A stretch of 64,000 bases of DNA from an uncultured Nitrososphaerota archaeon (GTDB lineage Archaea > Thermoproteota > Nitrososphaeria > Nitrososphaerales > Gagatemarchaeaceae): positions 832,001-896,000 of the forward strand of contig CAVRAG010000008.1 of the NCBI GenBank assembly GCA_963718895.1, read 5' to 3'. The translations under genes were made by a program, and so were the position numbers. A model generated the notes under the pieces. The model ran no database searches, was not told where the DNA came from, and worked only from the letters and a program-made list of their open reading frames with translations. Shown piece by piece: positions 52,512 through 61,386 of this stretch. Position 1 is the first letter of the stretch; each line of letters starts with the position of its first letter.

Positions 52512-54160
52512 CATGGCGACGAAAGAAAGCTGACCCACGGACCCCCGCTCGAGTCGAGCGCACCTTCCTCGTCTTGGTCCTGTCTCTCCTCCTCGTTGCA
52601 TGTATCCCCGTGACGGTGTCGCCCATGCATCTACCAAGACCGCATCCGTGGACATCGTCTCGACCCTCTCGAGCTCCTCGTGTGAGGACGCGGAGACGAG
52701 CACCCAGTGGTCCTGCAACATATCCGTGGTGAAGGGCAGTGCCGTCGTGGTGCTCCTCGGCTGCTTGAGCGTGACCACCGACTGCTCAGGCGACCAGGCA
52801 CTGGTCGGGGACTCTGAGGCAGACTCCTATGCGGGTATCAGCAGCGTATTCACTCCGTGCTCCTCTGAAGGCTGCAACGAGTACGCGTTCTGGACGTCGC
52901 CCACCATCACGGGGGTGGATTCTATCACGTTCAAGGTCTCCGAGAAGGAGTTCTTCGCCGCGGACATCTTCGACCTCACAGGGGTGAATTCGTCGGTCGC
53001 TCCGACCCACTTCGGCTTTGGGTCAGTCTCGGGCGGAGTTCCCGGCGGCAGTCTCACGTCTCTCGAGCCGTTCACGGGGGGCATCGTGCTGGCAGGGGTG
53101 GTCGCCGACTCGGTCCAGAAATTCTTGGCGGGCGCGGACTACGCCATGATCCCCGGCCAGCCGTGCCCTCAGGGGTGCGACGGCACACTGGGAGACTGGC
53201 AGGCCGCGGAGTACAGCAACCCGGCCTCCGGCTCATCGTTGCCGGTCGCCTTCAACTACCCGTCCACGAACGGCGGCTGGCAGGAACTGGCGGTTAGCTT
53301 CGCCCCGGTCAGGGCCTCCACCACCATCTCCTGCGCCGGATCCTTCGTCGCGGCGGGCGGCTCAAAGTGCACCGCCACCGTGACGGGGGATGGTCCGAAC
53401 GGGACGGTGTCGTGGTCGGCCAATTCCACGGGCACCTTCTCCCCCACCACCTGCACTGTATCCTCGGGCCAGTGCGACGTCCTGTTCACGCCCTCGAGCG
53501 CCGCGGCGGTCAACGTGACCGCAAGGTATGGAGGCGACGCCAGCAACCCCTTGACGGCGGGGAGCGCCGTCCTGAAGGTCGAAAAAGCGACGCCCCACGT
53601 CGGCGTGGTGTGCGGACCATCCCCTGTCCCGACGGGCTCCGAGACGACCTGCACCGCAACTGTCACGGGAGCGTCGCCTGCGGGTACGATCACCTGGGCC
53701 TCGAGCGGAGTCGCCAGACTTCTCGCCCGCCGCCACCTGCACCCTCTCGGCGGGGGCCTGCGCCGTCGACTACGTGCCCTCCCTCTCCTCCATCCCGATA
53801 GTCGTCACCGCGGCCTACTCGGGAGACGGGAACAACAGGGCGAGCTCGGGAACCTTCCAGCTCTCGACCGTGCAGGCTCAGAGCTCATCCTCCACCTCCG
53901 TAAGCACCACCTCTTCGACCATCGCTTCCACGCCCACGACCTCTTCCGCCTCGCCATCGTCGGCTTCGACGACGAGCTCTCCCTCTCAGACAACGACAGC
54001 AAGCCAGCAGACGAGCACCGGCGGGTCCTCTTCCTCCGCGCTTCCGCTTTCATATCTGGCGGTCGTCATCGTCATACAAGCCGTCATACTCGTCGCGCTT
54101 GCCGCGCGCCCTGCCAGAACGCCGAATAGACGCGCATTAGACCAGTCGCACGCACCTTAA
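52512..54160 (+). CDS. Secreted Cys-rich Ig-like-repeat surface protein with Ser/Thr stalk and TM anchor (frameshifted)
   Basis: Two CTATVTG...W...C...YxGDxNN units, S/T run and TM. Start approximate. Confidence 0.75.
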
Positions 54161-54262
54161 ACCCGGGCGCGCCCTAACGTCTGTATTTCTCTTTTGCACG
54201 ACGACGAAGGAGACCAGAAGGAAGACGATGGAGAGAAGCTCCAGGGCCCCATCTCGAGGAGA
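54133..54262 (+). repeat. Duplicated promoter and 5' end of the TMEM175-like gene
   Basis: Matches the reverse complement of about 11222-11350. MHDDEGDQKEDDGEKLQGPISRR versus MPDDERDQKEEDGGKPQGPISRR. Confidence 0.85.
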
Positions 54263-54308
54263 AGCTGCAGGAATGTCCTGGAAACTCAGCCACTGAAAGG
54301 GTTGGCTT

Positions 54309-54815
54309 TCATCGTTGTGCCTTTCTTACCCATTCGTGGAAGCCAACGATTGGTGGGTCTATTTCCAGTTGCCAGAGCAGCGCATTGATTTCTCCTCGAT
54401 GTTGCAGTTCCTCCTCTATCATGTGATGCAGCATGTCTCCGACTCTGATGGTCTTCACAATCCGACCATCCCTGTATCGAAGCACTCTGTCGATGTCTTG
54501 CTCGTCCAGATGTTCGATGAAACTAGTGACAAGCAGATCAACTTCATTTTCCTCCTTCACCACCTCTCTCTTCGTATGTCGCTTCCGAGCGTGTCGTTCA
54601 TAATCGGGCAGTCGATTCTCGTAAACATACACGAACCACCACCGGTAGGCGTCCAACACGTGGACAAAGATGTCGACCATCGTCGGGAAAGAGGCACCGC
54701 TGGGCTGATACCTTACTCTGGCGGGAACCTTGCCAAAGATGGTGTTGAGATACCTCTTCCTTGCGAAGGAATTGTATTCGTACCAGCGCCTGATTGTTTC
54801 CAGCTCGGTACTCAA
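54309..54815 (-). CDS. DinB family protein
   Basis: YNSFAR, FVHVLDAYRWW, LHHMIEEELQHRGEINALLWQ. Confidence 0.85.
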   Translation of the reverse strand: MSTELETIRRWYEYNSFARKRYLNTIFGKVPARVRYQPSGASFPTMVDIFVHVLDAYRWWFVYVYENRLPDYERHARKRHTKREVVKEENEVDLLVTSFIEHLDEQDIDRVLRYRDGRIVKTIRVGDMLHHMIEEELQHRGEINALLWQLEIDPPIVGFHEWVRKAQR

Positions 54816-54889
54816 TGACAGTCTAACTTGCTACGTAGCTAGATAAGGACCTTGAAAGAGGTGACCCCTCGCGAGAAGGACAGATGTCA

Positions 54890-55228
54890 CTACTCCTTCG
54901 CTGCGAGAGACAGTATCTGCTTGTAATTCTTCGTGTCCGGATTGAACAATGGGATCTTGGCGGCATCGCTGACGCTCACGGCGATTGAGATTGGATCAGT
55001 TCCAAAGATGTGCGTGGCCACGTTCAGTTCCCTCAGCAACCGGATGATGTTCAACAGGTAGAGGGATGACACAGGAAGCAGGACCATACGTTCCTTGACT
55101 AGCACCTTCGCAGATTTCTCGAAGAAACCCTGCAGATACACTACCCGCAGGTCACGCGAAGCTGATTGGATCCGGCCGACTTCAGAGTCAGACATGGCAT
55201 AGAACATCAAGACTATTCTTAAGCACAA
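54890..55228 (-). CDS. Hypothetical protein
   Basis: 112-aa ORF, no family recognised. Start uncertain. Confidence 0.45.
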   Translation of the reverse strand: MCLRIVLMFYAMSDSEVGRIQSASRDLRVVYLQGFFEKSAKVLVKERMVLLPVSSLYLLNIIRLLRELNVATHIFGTDPISIAVSVSDAAKIPLFNPDTKNYKQILSLAAKE

Positions 55229-55329
55229 CGAATCCGATATCGACTGCTTAGTCTCTCATGACCTTGGGCTTGAAAAATGGCGAGGATTGAGGCAAACGAA
55301 ACCGGTGAGCCACGTGACCTGCCGTACGC

Positions 55330-55707
55330 CTAACCCTCAATCCGCTTCAAGATCTTGTCTTCTTCCTCTCGCAGCTTCTTGACCCTGCCGCCTATGCGGC
55401 GGGCCCACAGAAAGTTCACCGCTCCGACATACAGCCAAGCCACTGTCAGAAGAATCAGCAACCCTTCGAATACAAGAAGCCCCGGGTCCAGCAGGTTGAC
55501 TGTCGCTGTCGTCTGTCCGGTCGCGAAGGGAAGTATGACCTGCGACGCGTAGGATGCAAGCAGGAGGACCGAGACGATGAGCGTGACGATGGATAGCAGT
55601 CTGATCCTTGCCGTGCCCTCCTCGACGCGTTGAACGAACAGCTCATTCAGTTCCATCGCCTGGATGCCTGGAGGCATCTCCGGAGGAAAGTCTTCTAAAT
55701 CGGACAA
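55330..55707 (-). CDS. Two-TM hypothetical membrane protein
   Basis: Two hydrophobic helices and a charged tail. TTTTATTT box upstream. Confidence 0.75.
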   Translation of the reverse strand: MSDLEDFPPEMPPGIQAMELNELFVQRVEEGTARIRLLSIVTLIVSVLLLASYASQVILPFATGQTTATVNLLDPGLLVFEGLLILLTVAWLYVGAVNFLWARRIGGRVKKLREEEDKILKRIEG

Positions 55708-55742
55708 GTGGCGGTGTTGAGCCGTTCCGAAATAAAACCATT

Positions 55743-55759
55743 CCTTACGTCGCGTAAGG
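55743..55759. promoter_or_regulatory. Palindromic box CCTTAC-N5-GTAAGG
   Basis: CCTTACGTCGCGTAAGG lies between divergent genes, next to a TATA-like box. Confidence 0.6.
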
Positions 55760-55841
55760 CTCCAGTAGCGTATGGGGGGACGATTCGCAGTTTGACGAGC
55801 TCTGAGAGCTTAATTACTACAACGCTCACTCTTGCGACCGG

Positions 55842-56153
55842 TTGAAGCCTAGCAGGGCCAGGCTGCTTTCTCTGATGGAGATCCTGCACGCCCTAAGGGA
55901 GGGCCCGCTCATCCGCAACAGGATCAGCCAAGTCTGCAACATCAACTACCAGCGCCTCGTTGAGATGCTCGAACATCTCGAGAAGAGGGGGCTGATTGCC
56001 CACGCTCTGCAGGAAGGCCACGACTCATACAGCCTCACGCCGGAAGGTCTCAAGGTCTCGATGAACTACGAGTGGATCAATGCGATGGTCGTGGGCGATG
56101 CACCGGAATCTTTCGGTACGCCTACGCATCAAGGTTCCAAGGGGCCACCTTAG
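55842..56153 (+). CDS. Winged-helix transcriptional regulator (HTH_45/COG3432-like)
   Basis: EILHAL...RISQVCNINYQRLVEMLEHLEKRGLI...YSLTPEG. Confidence 0.85.
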   Translation: MKPSRARLLSLMEILHALREGPLIRNRISQVCNINYQRLVEMLEHLEKRGLIAHALQEGHDSYSLTPEGLKVSMNYEWINAMVVGDAPESFGTPTHQGSKGPP

Positions 56154-56194
56154 CCACGCGAATCTTCTCGCTTCCAAACCCGCATTTAACCTTG

Positions 56195-56224
56195 CCTTAC
56201 AGCGCGTAACTACTGCGAGTAAGG
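56195..56224 (+). promoter_or_regulatory. Tandem (T/C)TAC-N5-GTAA boxes upstream of the operon TATA
   Basis: CCTTAC-AGCGC-GTAA and CTAC-TGCGA-GTAAGG, followed by AATTCTCTTTAAG. Confidence 0.55.
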
Positions 56225-56258
56225 AATTCTCTTTAAGCAAACGACGTCCCTTCTCCCT

Positions 56259-57570
56259 ATGTTCACTCGTTCGAAGCAGGAAACGGTCGAAAGGGAGGGC
56301 CGAGATGACGGAGCGGGGCCGGCTAGGCCCATCTGGATTGGGTATGGCCTCACAGGTGGCCGGATTTCTCTGAGCCACGCCGAACTGAGGAAGAGACTCA
56401 TTATCTCCGGTCGCAGGGCCGACGAGATGGCCGCTCTGCTGGCTTTCGCGTGCAGGGAGGCGGGGCTGAGAACGCTCGTTCTCGACCTGGACGGCTCGAT
56501 TGCCGAGCGAGTCTCGGGCTACTTCGAGGCCTACGACTTCAACTGCTTTCTCTACGATGCCTTCGAGATCGAGGAGGAAGACGCCGTCAGGCACAGTCAG
56601 CTCCTCGCGGCCGCGTACACTTCTGCGCTGGGGCTGGATGCTGAGGAGGAGGCCATCCTGATCGCCGCAATGCACAAGCAGGCGGTCGAGGACACAAGGG
56701 CGAGCCCGGCCCCGCTCTTCGCCCCCATCGGGGCCGTGGAGGGGTTCAGGGGCTTCTACGTCGAGAAGCTCCAGGGTAGGATTGGAGGGCTCCGATACCT
56801 CGAAGTAGCTGAAGGCGGGTCGCTCAGGTCTCTCCTGTCGCTCCCCGGGTCGTTGGTAAGCTTCAGGAGCGCCCGTTACGCCCAGGCGATGGAGCTAGCG
56901 GCCGCAGCCTTCATTGCGAAGCTCCTCGATATGTGGCCTGCTGCCAAGACCACTCCAGACGTGCTGATAGTGAATGGCGCGCACAGGCTCTTCAAGGCCA
57001 CAGCGCGCCCCGCGCACACCAACAGGCTCCTCACGGAGTGGCTCGACTCGCAGATGACCGTGATCCTGGCCTGCGACGAGACGCAGTTCCTCGACGAGGC
57101 TGTCCCCCAGGCGTTCCCTCTCAAGATAATGTCGAGCGACGCCTGGAACGAGGGGGTCGAGGACCGGTGGAAGGCAAACACCAGGGAGCCTCTGCTCCCG
57201 AACGCCTTCGTGCTCGCCGACGGCCACTACGGGCACCAGAGGGCGTTCATAGCCAGGAACTACGAGCAGAGGGCCTCGCCGCTGAGGTCCGGGCCTGCCG
57301 CGGTCGAACCTCTGAACAGGGAGCAAGCCGACACGCTCACCACGCTAATCCTCCAAGACATCAAGAGCTACGAGGCCCCGACGAGAAACTCGATCGATTG
57401 ATTTCCTCTCCGCGGAGTTCGGCGCCGACCGCGTGAAGGGCGAGCTCGACCGCCTGCACTCCCAGGGACACATCGCGCTCGAGAGCGTCGACGTCAGGTC
57501 GGGGCCCTCCATCATGGCCTACAGGCTGACGGAGTCCGGCGTGACCCTTCTGGAGGCGCTCTCCAATTGA
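56259..57570 (+). CDS. Degenerate HerA/DUF87-like ATPase with C-terminal wHTH (frameshift near 57397)
   Basis: IWIGY...LIISGRRAD (no Walker A Lys), VLDLDG, IVNGAHRL (eroded DEAH). Tail ELDRLHSQGHI...YRLTESG. Confidence 0.65.
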
Positions 57571-58593
57571 CCTTCACACTCGCGGCCCTGCCGCGCATCC
57601 AGACGCAGTGCAAGGCGATAGACACGCTCACGGACGGAGGGCTCCCGACCGGCACGATAACGCAGATCTTCGGCGAGAAGGCGCTGGGCAAGTCGATAAT
57701 CTCGTTCCAGACGGCGTGCGCGGCCGTCGCGGCCGGGTCGAGCGCGATCATCCTGGACACCGAGCAGTCCTACGGCTCCTACCTGGTCCCGTACTGGGCG
57801 GAGCGGATGAGCCGGAGGTTCGGGAAGGACATCCCGATCTACGACGTGAAGCTCGAGAGGACCCCCAAGGTGAGCGGGAAGAAGAAGGGGGTCACGAGGG
57901 GCCAGGTCATCTCCGCCTTCAGCGGCGTCCTGGACAACCTCGGGATCGTCTACAGCGACATGGGCCTGAACTCGCTCGCCGACGTCGTCTCCCCCGAGTT
58001 CCACGCCGAGATACCGAAGAGCGACGGGCCGTCCGTGATGCTCCTCCAGGCGCCGGACGTGATCGACCTGCTCGCGCTCCACGGTATAGACGCGAAGAAG
58101 ACCGTCTCCGAGGGGTCCAGGGTTGAGCTCAGGCTCCAGTCGACGCCCACGTACGAGTCGGTCCTGCACCAGATCGATCCAGCAGACCAAGGCGAAGCTG
58201 CTGATCTACGACTCGGTCTCGGCGCCCTTCAAGGCGGCCTTCTCGAACACCCAGGACCTCCCGGCGAGGTCAGCCGGCCTCGCGATGCTGCTCGCCCACG
58301 CCCAGCGGCTCTGCGTCGAGTTCGGCATCGCGGTCGAGGTGGTCAGCCACGTCTCGATAGACCCCATCAAGGCGTGGGACCGGCGCCCCTACGGCGGGGT
58401 GATACTCGGCCACGACGCCAAGTTCTCGCTCGAGCTGACCAAGGGGACGGCCAAGAGGAACGCCGCGGCGTCGGCCGTCAACCCCGAGGACGGGGCCGAG
58501 GGCGTCAAGGCGTTCTGGGTCGCCCGGCACCCGGCGATGGAGGAGTACTCGAAGTTCGGGTACTCGAGGCAGGACGACGAGGGGTTCCACTGA
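57567..58593 (+). CDS. RadA/Rad51-paralog ATPase lacking the N-terminal HhH domain, with a large insertion (frameshift near 58177)
   Basis: IDTLTDGGLPTGTITQIFGEKALGKS, ILDTE, LIYDSVSAPF, PYGGVILGH. Confidence 0.85.
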
Positions 58594-58595
58594 CC

Positions 58596-59683
58596 ATGGG
58601 GCTCCTCCTCAAGGGGTTCGTGCTCGTCGTCGGCCTCGTCTCGCTGACGCTCGGGATCTTCCCGGTCTGGATAGCCTGCTTCGGCTACCTGGCGTACTCG
58701 CTCTGGTCATCGACCCGGCGCAGGAACGTCTACGTGATGGACAAGACCGGAGGGGAGCAGGTGCCTCCGCAGCCGAACAAGCGCGGCTTCTTCAGGAAGC
58801 GGTACGCGGTTGCGGGCCTCCTCTTCATCCTCGCCGCGCGTCGCGGCCGCAGACAGGGGGACGTACTCGCCGCTCGTCTTCCTCTCCCTGGGGGTCGTGA
58901 TCATCCTCTCAGGGGTGCTAAGCTTCGGCCCCGGGCGGCTCGACGGTCCGGCCCGTCCCCGGCTCGATCCTGCTCAGGTCGAGGTGGTTCCCCCTCTCGT
59001 GGACGTCCCTCGTCGAGGTGAAGTTCGCCACGTCCCAGATGTCAAAGGCGCTCTCCTCGGTCGGGAGCGAGGTGCTGCTCACCACCGACTCCGAGAAGGT
59101 CTCGGTCTACCTGCCCGTGAGGGCGCTCGCACTCTCAGCCCCCCAGGCGGACAGGAAGGTCGTCGAGAGGTTGGAGCCCATAGCGAGGTCCCTGAGCGGG
59201 AAGGGCGCCTACGTCCTGCCCCTCGACGGCAAGGAGGCCGGCGCCCGGCTCTCCTGGTCCCTGAAGCCCGTGGACCTCGCGCTTGAGTACGGGAGGAACG
59301 GGGTCGTCTCTCTGAACTCCACGCCCTTCGACGCGCTCGTGCTGAGGCCGGAGGGCCACCTCGTCGAGGCCGCCGCGGCGTACGTGAAGGTCCCGAGCAA
59401 GAAGGAAGGGATGGCGGTCCCGTCGGCGGGGCGCAAGCTGGAGAGCCAGCCGCTCGTCTGGGAGGCGCTCGAGGTCCTGGCGGAGAAGTTCCAGGGGCGC
59501 GAGGCGGACGCCTACACGACCTTCCTGAGCAGCGTCTGCGCCACGCGGGGCGAGGCCCTCGGGGAGAGGCTGACCAACGCGGGGCCGGGAGGCTCGTCGA
59601 CCGTCACGATCAGCGCCCTTGGCTCGGACCAGGTGGTCCTGACGAGGCCGCAGCTCCGGGCGATAGTGAGGGTCTATGGCTGA
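58596..59683 (+). CDS. Membrane protein with about 4 N-terminal TMs and a soluble C-terminal domain (two frameshifts)
   Basis: MGLLLKGFVLVVGL... continues through frames to ORF 59018..59683. Tight operon spacing. Confidence 0.7.
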
Positions 59684-60119
59684 CCAGATGATAGACTACG
59701 ACTCAGAGGAGTTCAGGAGGCTCGGGGCGGTCCTGGCAGCCCTCGTCGACCTGAGGGAGGCGGAGATACTTTCGAGCTGCCGGGAGGTGATAGACGCGGC
59801 GTTCGCGGACTCGGCGGGTGGGTGGGTCATGGAGGTCCTGCGCAGGTCCTCCGAGCCGCTGAGCCTGCGTCAGCTGGCGGCGAGGTGCAAGAGCGGGAAG
59901 CGGTCAGTCCTGCCCGAGGGCAGGGTCAGGATGGTTGTCGACGGGCTCAGCAGGGCGGGCATGCTCGTGAACCTCGGGACCCCGGAGAAGCCGAGGTACT
60001 CCCTCGACGGGGAGGACAGGCGCGTCAGGGTCCTTGAGAAGATTTACGGTCCTACCGCTTCGCGGGGTCTGAGGGAAGTCGTTAGCAGGGCAACGAGGGA
60101 GCAAAGCGACGACCGATAG
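59676..60119 (+). CDS. Winged-helix domain protein
   Basis: VMEVLRRSSEPLSLRQLA...VRMVVDGLSRAGMLVN...RYSL. 8-bp overlap with the upstream gene. Confidence 0.75.
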   Translation: MADQMIDYDSEEFRRLGAVLAALVDLREAEILSSCREVIDAAFADSAGGWVMEVLRRSSEPLSLRQLAARCKSGKRSVLPEGRVRMVVDGLSRAGMLVNLGTPEKPRYSLDGEDRRVRVLEKIYGPTASRGLREVVSRATREQSDDR

Positions 60120-60186
60120 TCCGAAGAGTCATCAGGACCAACCCTGCAAAGGTTGAAGACTGCATACTCTGCAGTGATTCCCTGCG

Positions 60187-60330
60187 TTGACGTTCCTCCT
60201 GACTCCGGCGACGGGAAGCCGCTTCATCGGGAGAAAGGAACTCGTCCCTGAGCTCGTCACAGAGCTTTCCAAGAACAAGATCGGTTTCTCGCTCTCGGGC
60301 ATCCGGAGGATCGGGAAGACGAGTGTGTTG
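60187..60330 (+). pseudogene. 5' stub of an archaeal (STAND-type) ATPase
   Basis: FIGRKEL...LSGIRRIGKTSVL, truncated immediately after Walker A. Confidence 0.75.
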
Positions 60331-60376
60331 CTGTTCGCGATGATGTTGGCGCCGACCAGCATCGGTCTCGTGGCGC
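60317..60376 (-). repeat. Internal fragment of HerA1 (61387..62526)
   Basis: Encodes ATRPMLVGANIIANSNTL versus ATRPILVSPNIIANSNTL. Confidence 0.85.
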
Positions 60377-60419
60377 GTCCCCTTGAGCTTCTCCTAGGTA
60401 CCGGTGCCGCACCATCTAT

Positions 60420-60515
60420 CTATCGGGAGATTTCTTGCACCTTCGCCGTCTCGACCTAGTGTCGGGCGTCGAGACCCGCACCATAGTCTAGCCGATCTTA
60501 AGGAAGGTGAAGTCC
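60420..60515 (-). repeat. Degenerate HerA2 3'-end fragment (family A, copy 6)
   Basis: GGCGTCGAGACCCGCACCAT...GCCGATCTTAAGGA. Encodes DFTFLKIG*TMVRVSTP. Confidence 0.8.
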
Positions 60516-60549
60516 GGGTTGAACCCTGCCGGCCGCCATGGTCGTCCGG

Positions 60550-60929
60550 CTACAGCATGATCGCATCGGGGAGACCGCTGAAGTGCCCGTCTCCCGTCAC
60601 GACCCTGGCCGAGCCCGCCCTCGCGGTCGCCAGGATTATCGAGTCCATCATCCCCCAGTCTCTGACCGTCTTCTTCAGGGTGTGGTTCAGCTCCCCTGCC
60701 AGGAGCGCGATCTGCCTGTCAACTGGCGTGAGGAGCGTGCGACCCACTATGAACGCCACGTCCTCCTCCAAGGAGGGCCACTTCTCCCTGAGGTACTTCT
60801 CCCTGAGCTCGGCGAGCGTGACGGTCGAGGTCGCGGTGCGGTCGCCTTCGATGTACCCGCGGACCTTCCGCCCCGCCTCCGTCCCCCTGAAGTACTCGAC
60901 CCAGGCGAACGAATCTATCACGTACTCAT
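60550..60929 (-). CDS. vapC: PIN-domain VapC toxin
   Basis: IDSFAWVEY, TLAEL, MDSIILATA, VTGDGHF. Confidence 0.9.
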
Positions 60930-61147
60930 AGCTCGTGGGGCGCTTCCTCCTTTCGCGTGAAGGGCTTCATCTGAGGGTGGGCGCCGAACATCGACTCGGG
61001 GACGTTCTCGGCCTTGCTGATGAGGCGCCTGACGGTCTCGTCCATGCTCCTCGCACCGTACTTCTCCTTGAGGTCCTCGAGCATCCTCGCCGTCGTCCTC
61101 TTCAGCTCCACGGTCGTCGTGGCTGTAGTCGCTGGCATGGTTTCCAT
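60926..61147 (-). CDS. VapB-type antitoxin
   Basis: TTVELKRTTARMLEDLKEKYGARSMDETVRRLI. Confidence 0.8.
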   Translation of the reverse strand: METMPATTATTTVELKRTTARMLEDLKEKYGARSMDETVRRLISKAENVPESMFGAHPQMKPFTRKEEAPHEL

Positions 61148-61330
61148 AGCCCATAGCCCATGGTTATCTTAAAGCCTTCGTCAGGGATGCCCCCTGAGCG
61201 TTGAGCTTGCGCCGCATGTGCTGCACCACCCCCTCGATCTTTGTCGCGCCGCAGCTGCACCGGTACCTCAGCCTCTTGCCCTGGCGTCCCGAACGCTCCC
61301 ACCTGTGCCTGTGAGCGGACGGTCCTGCCC

Positions 61331-61373
61331 CCATGGCGTCGGGGAAGCCCTTGTAGTTCCCCCTGTCCGGCGC
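61331..61373 (-). repeat. Internal fragment of HerA2 directly downstream of HerA1
   Basis: CCATGGCGTCGGGGAAGCCCTTGTAGTTCCCCCTGTCCGGCGCG matches 47485-47528 (APDRGNYKGFxDAM). Confidence 0.85.
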
Positions 61374-61386
61374 GGCGAGCCACCGT

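Noticed and set aside
24-60929. Many single-base frameshifts read as programmed frameshifting or mass pseudogenisation
   Set aside because: They hit unrelated, otherwise well-conserved genes, often at short G/C runs, with no shared slippery motif. Long-read consensus error is the simpler explanation, though reads are needed to confirm.
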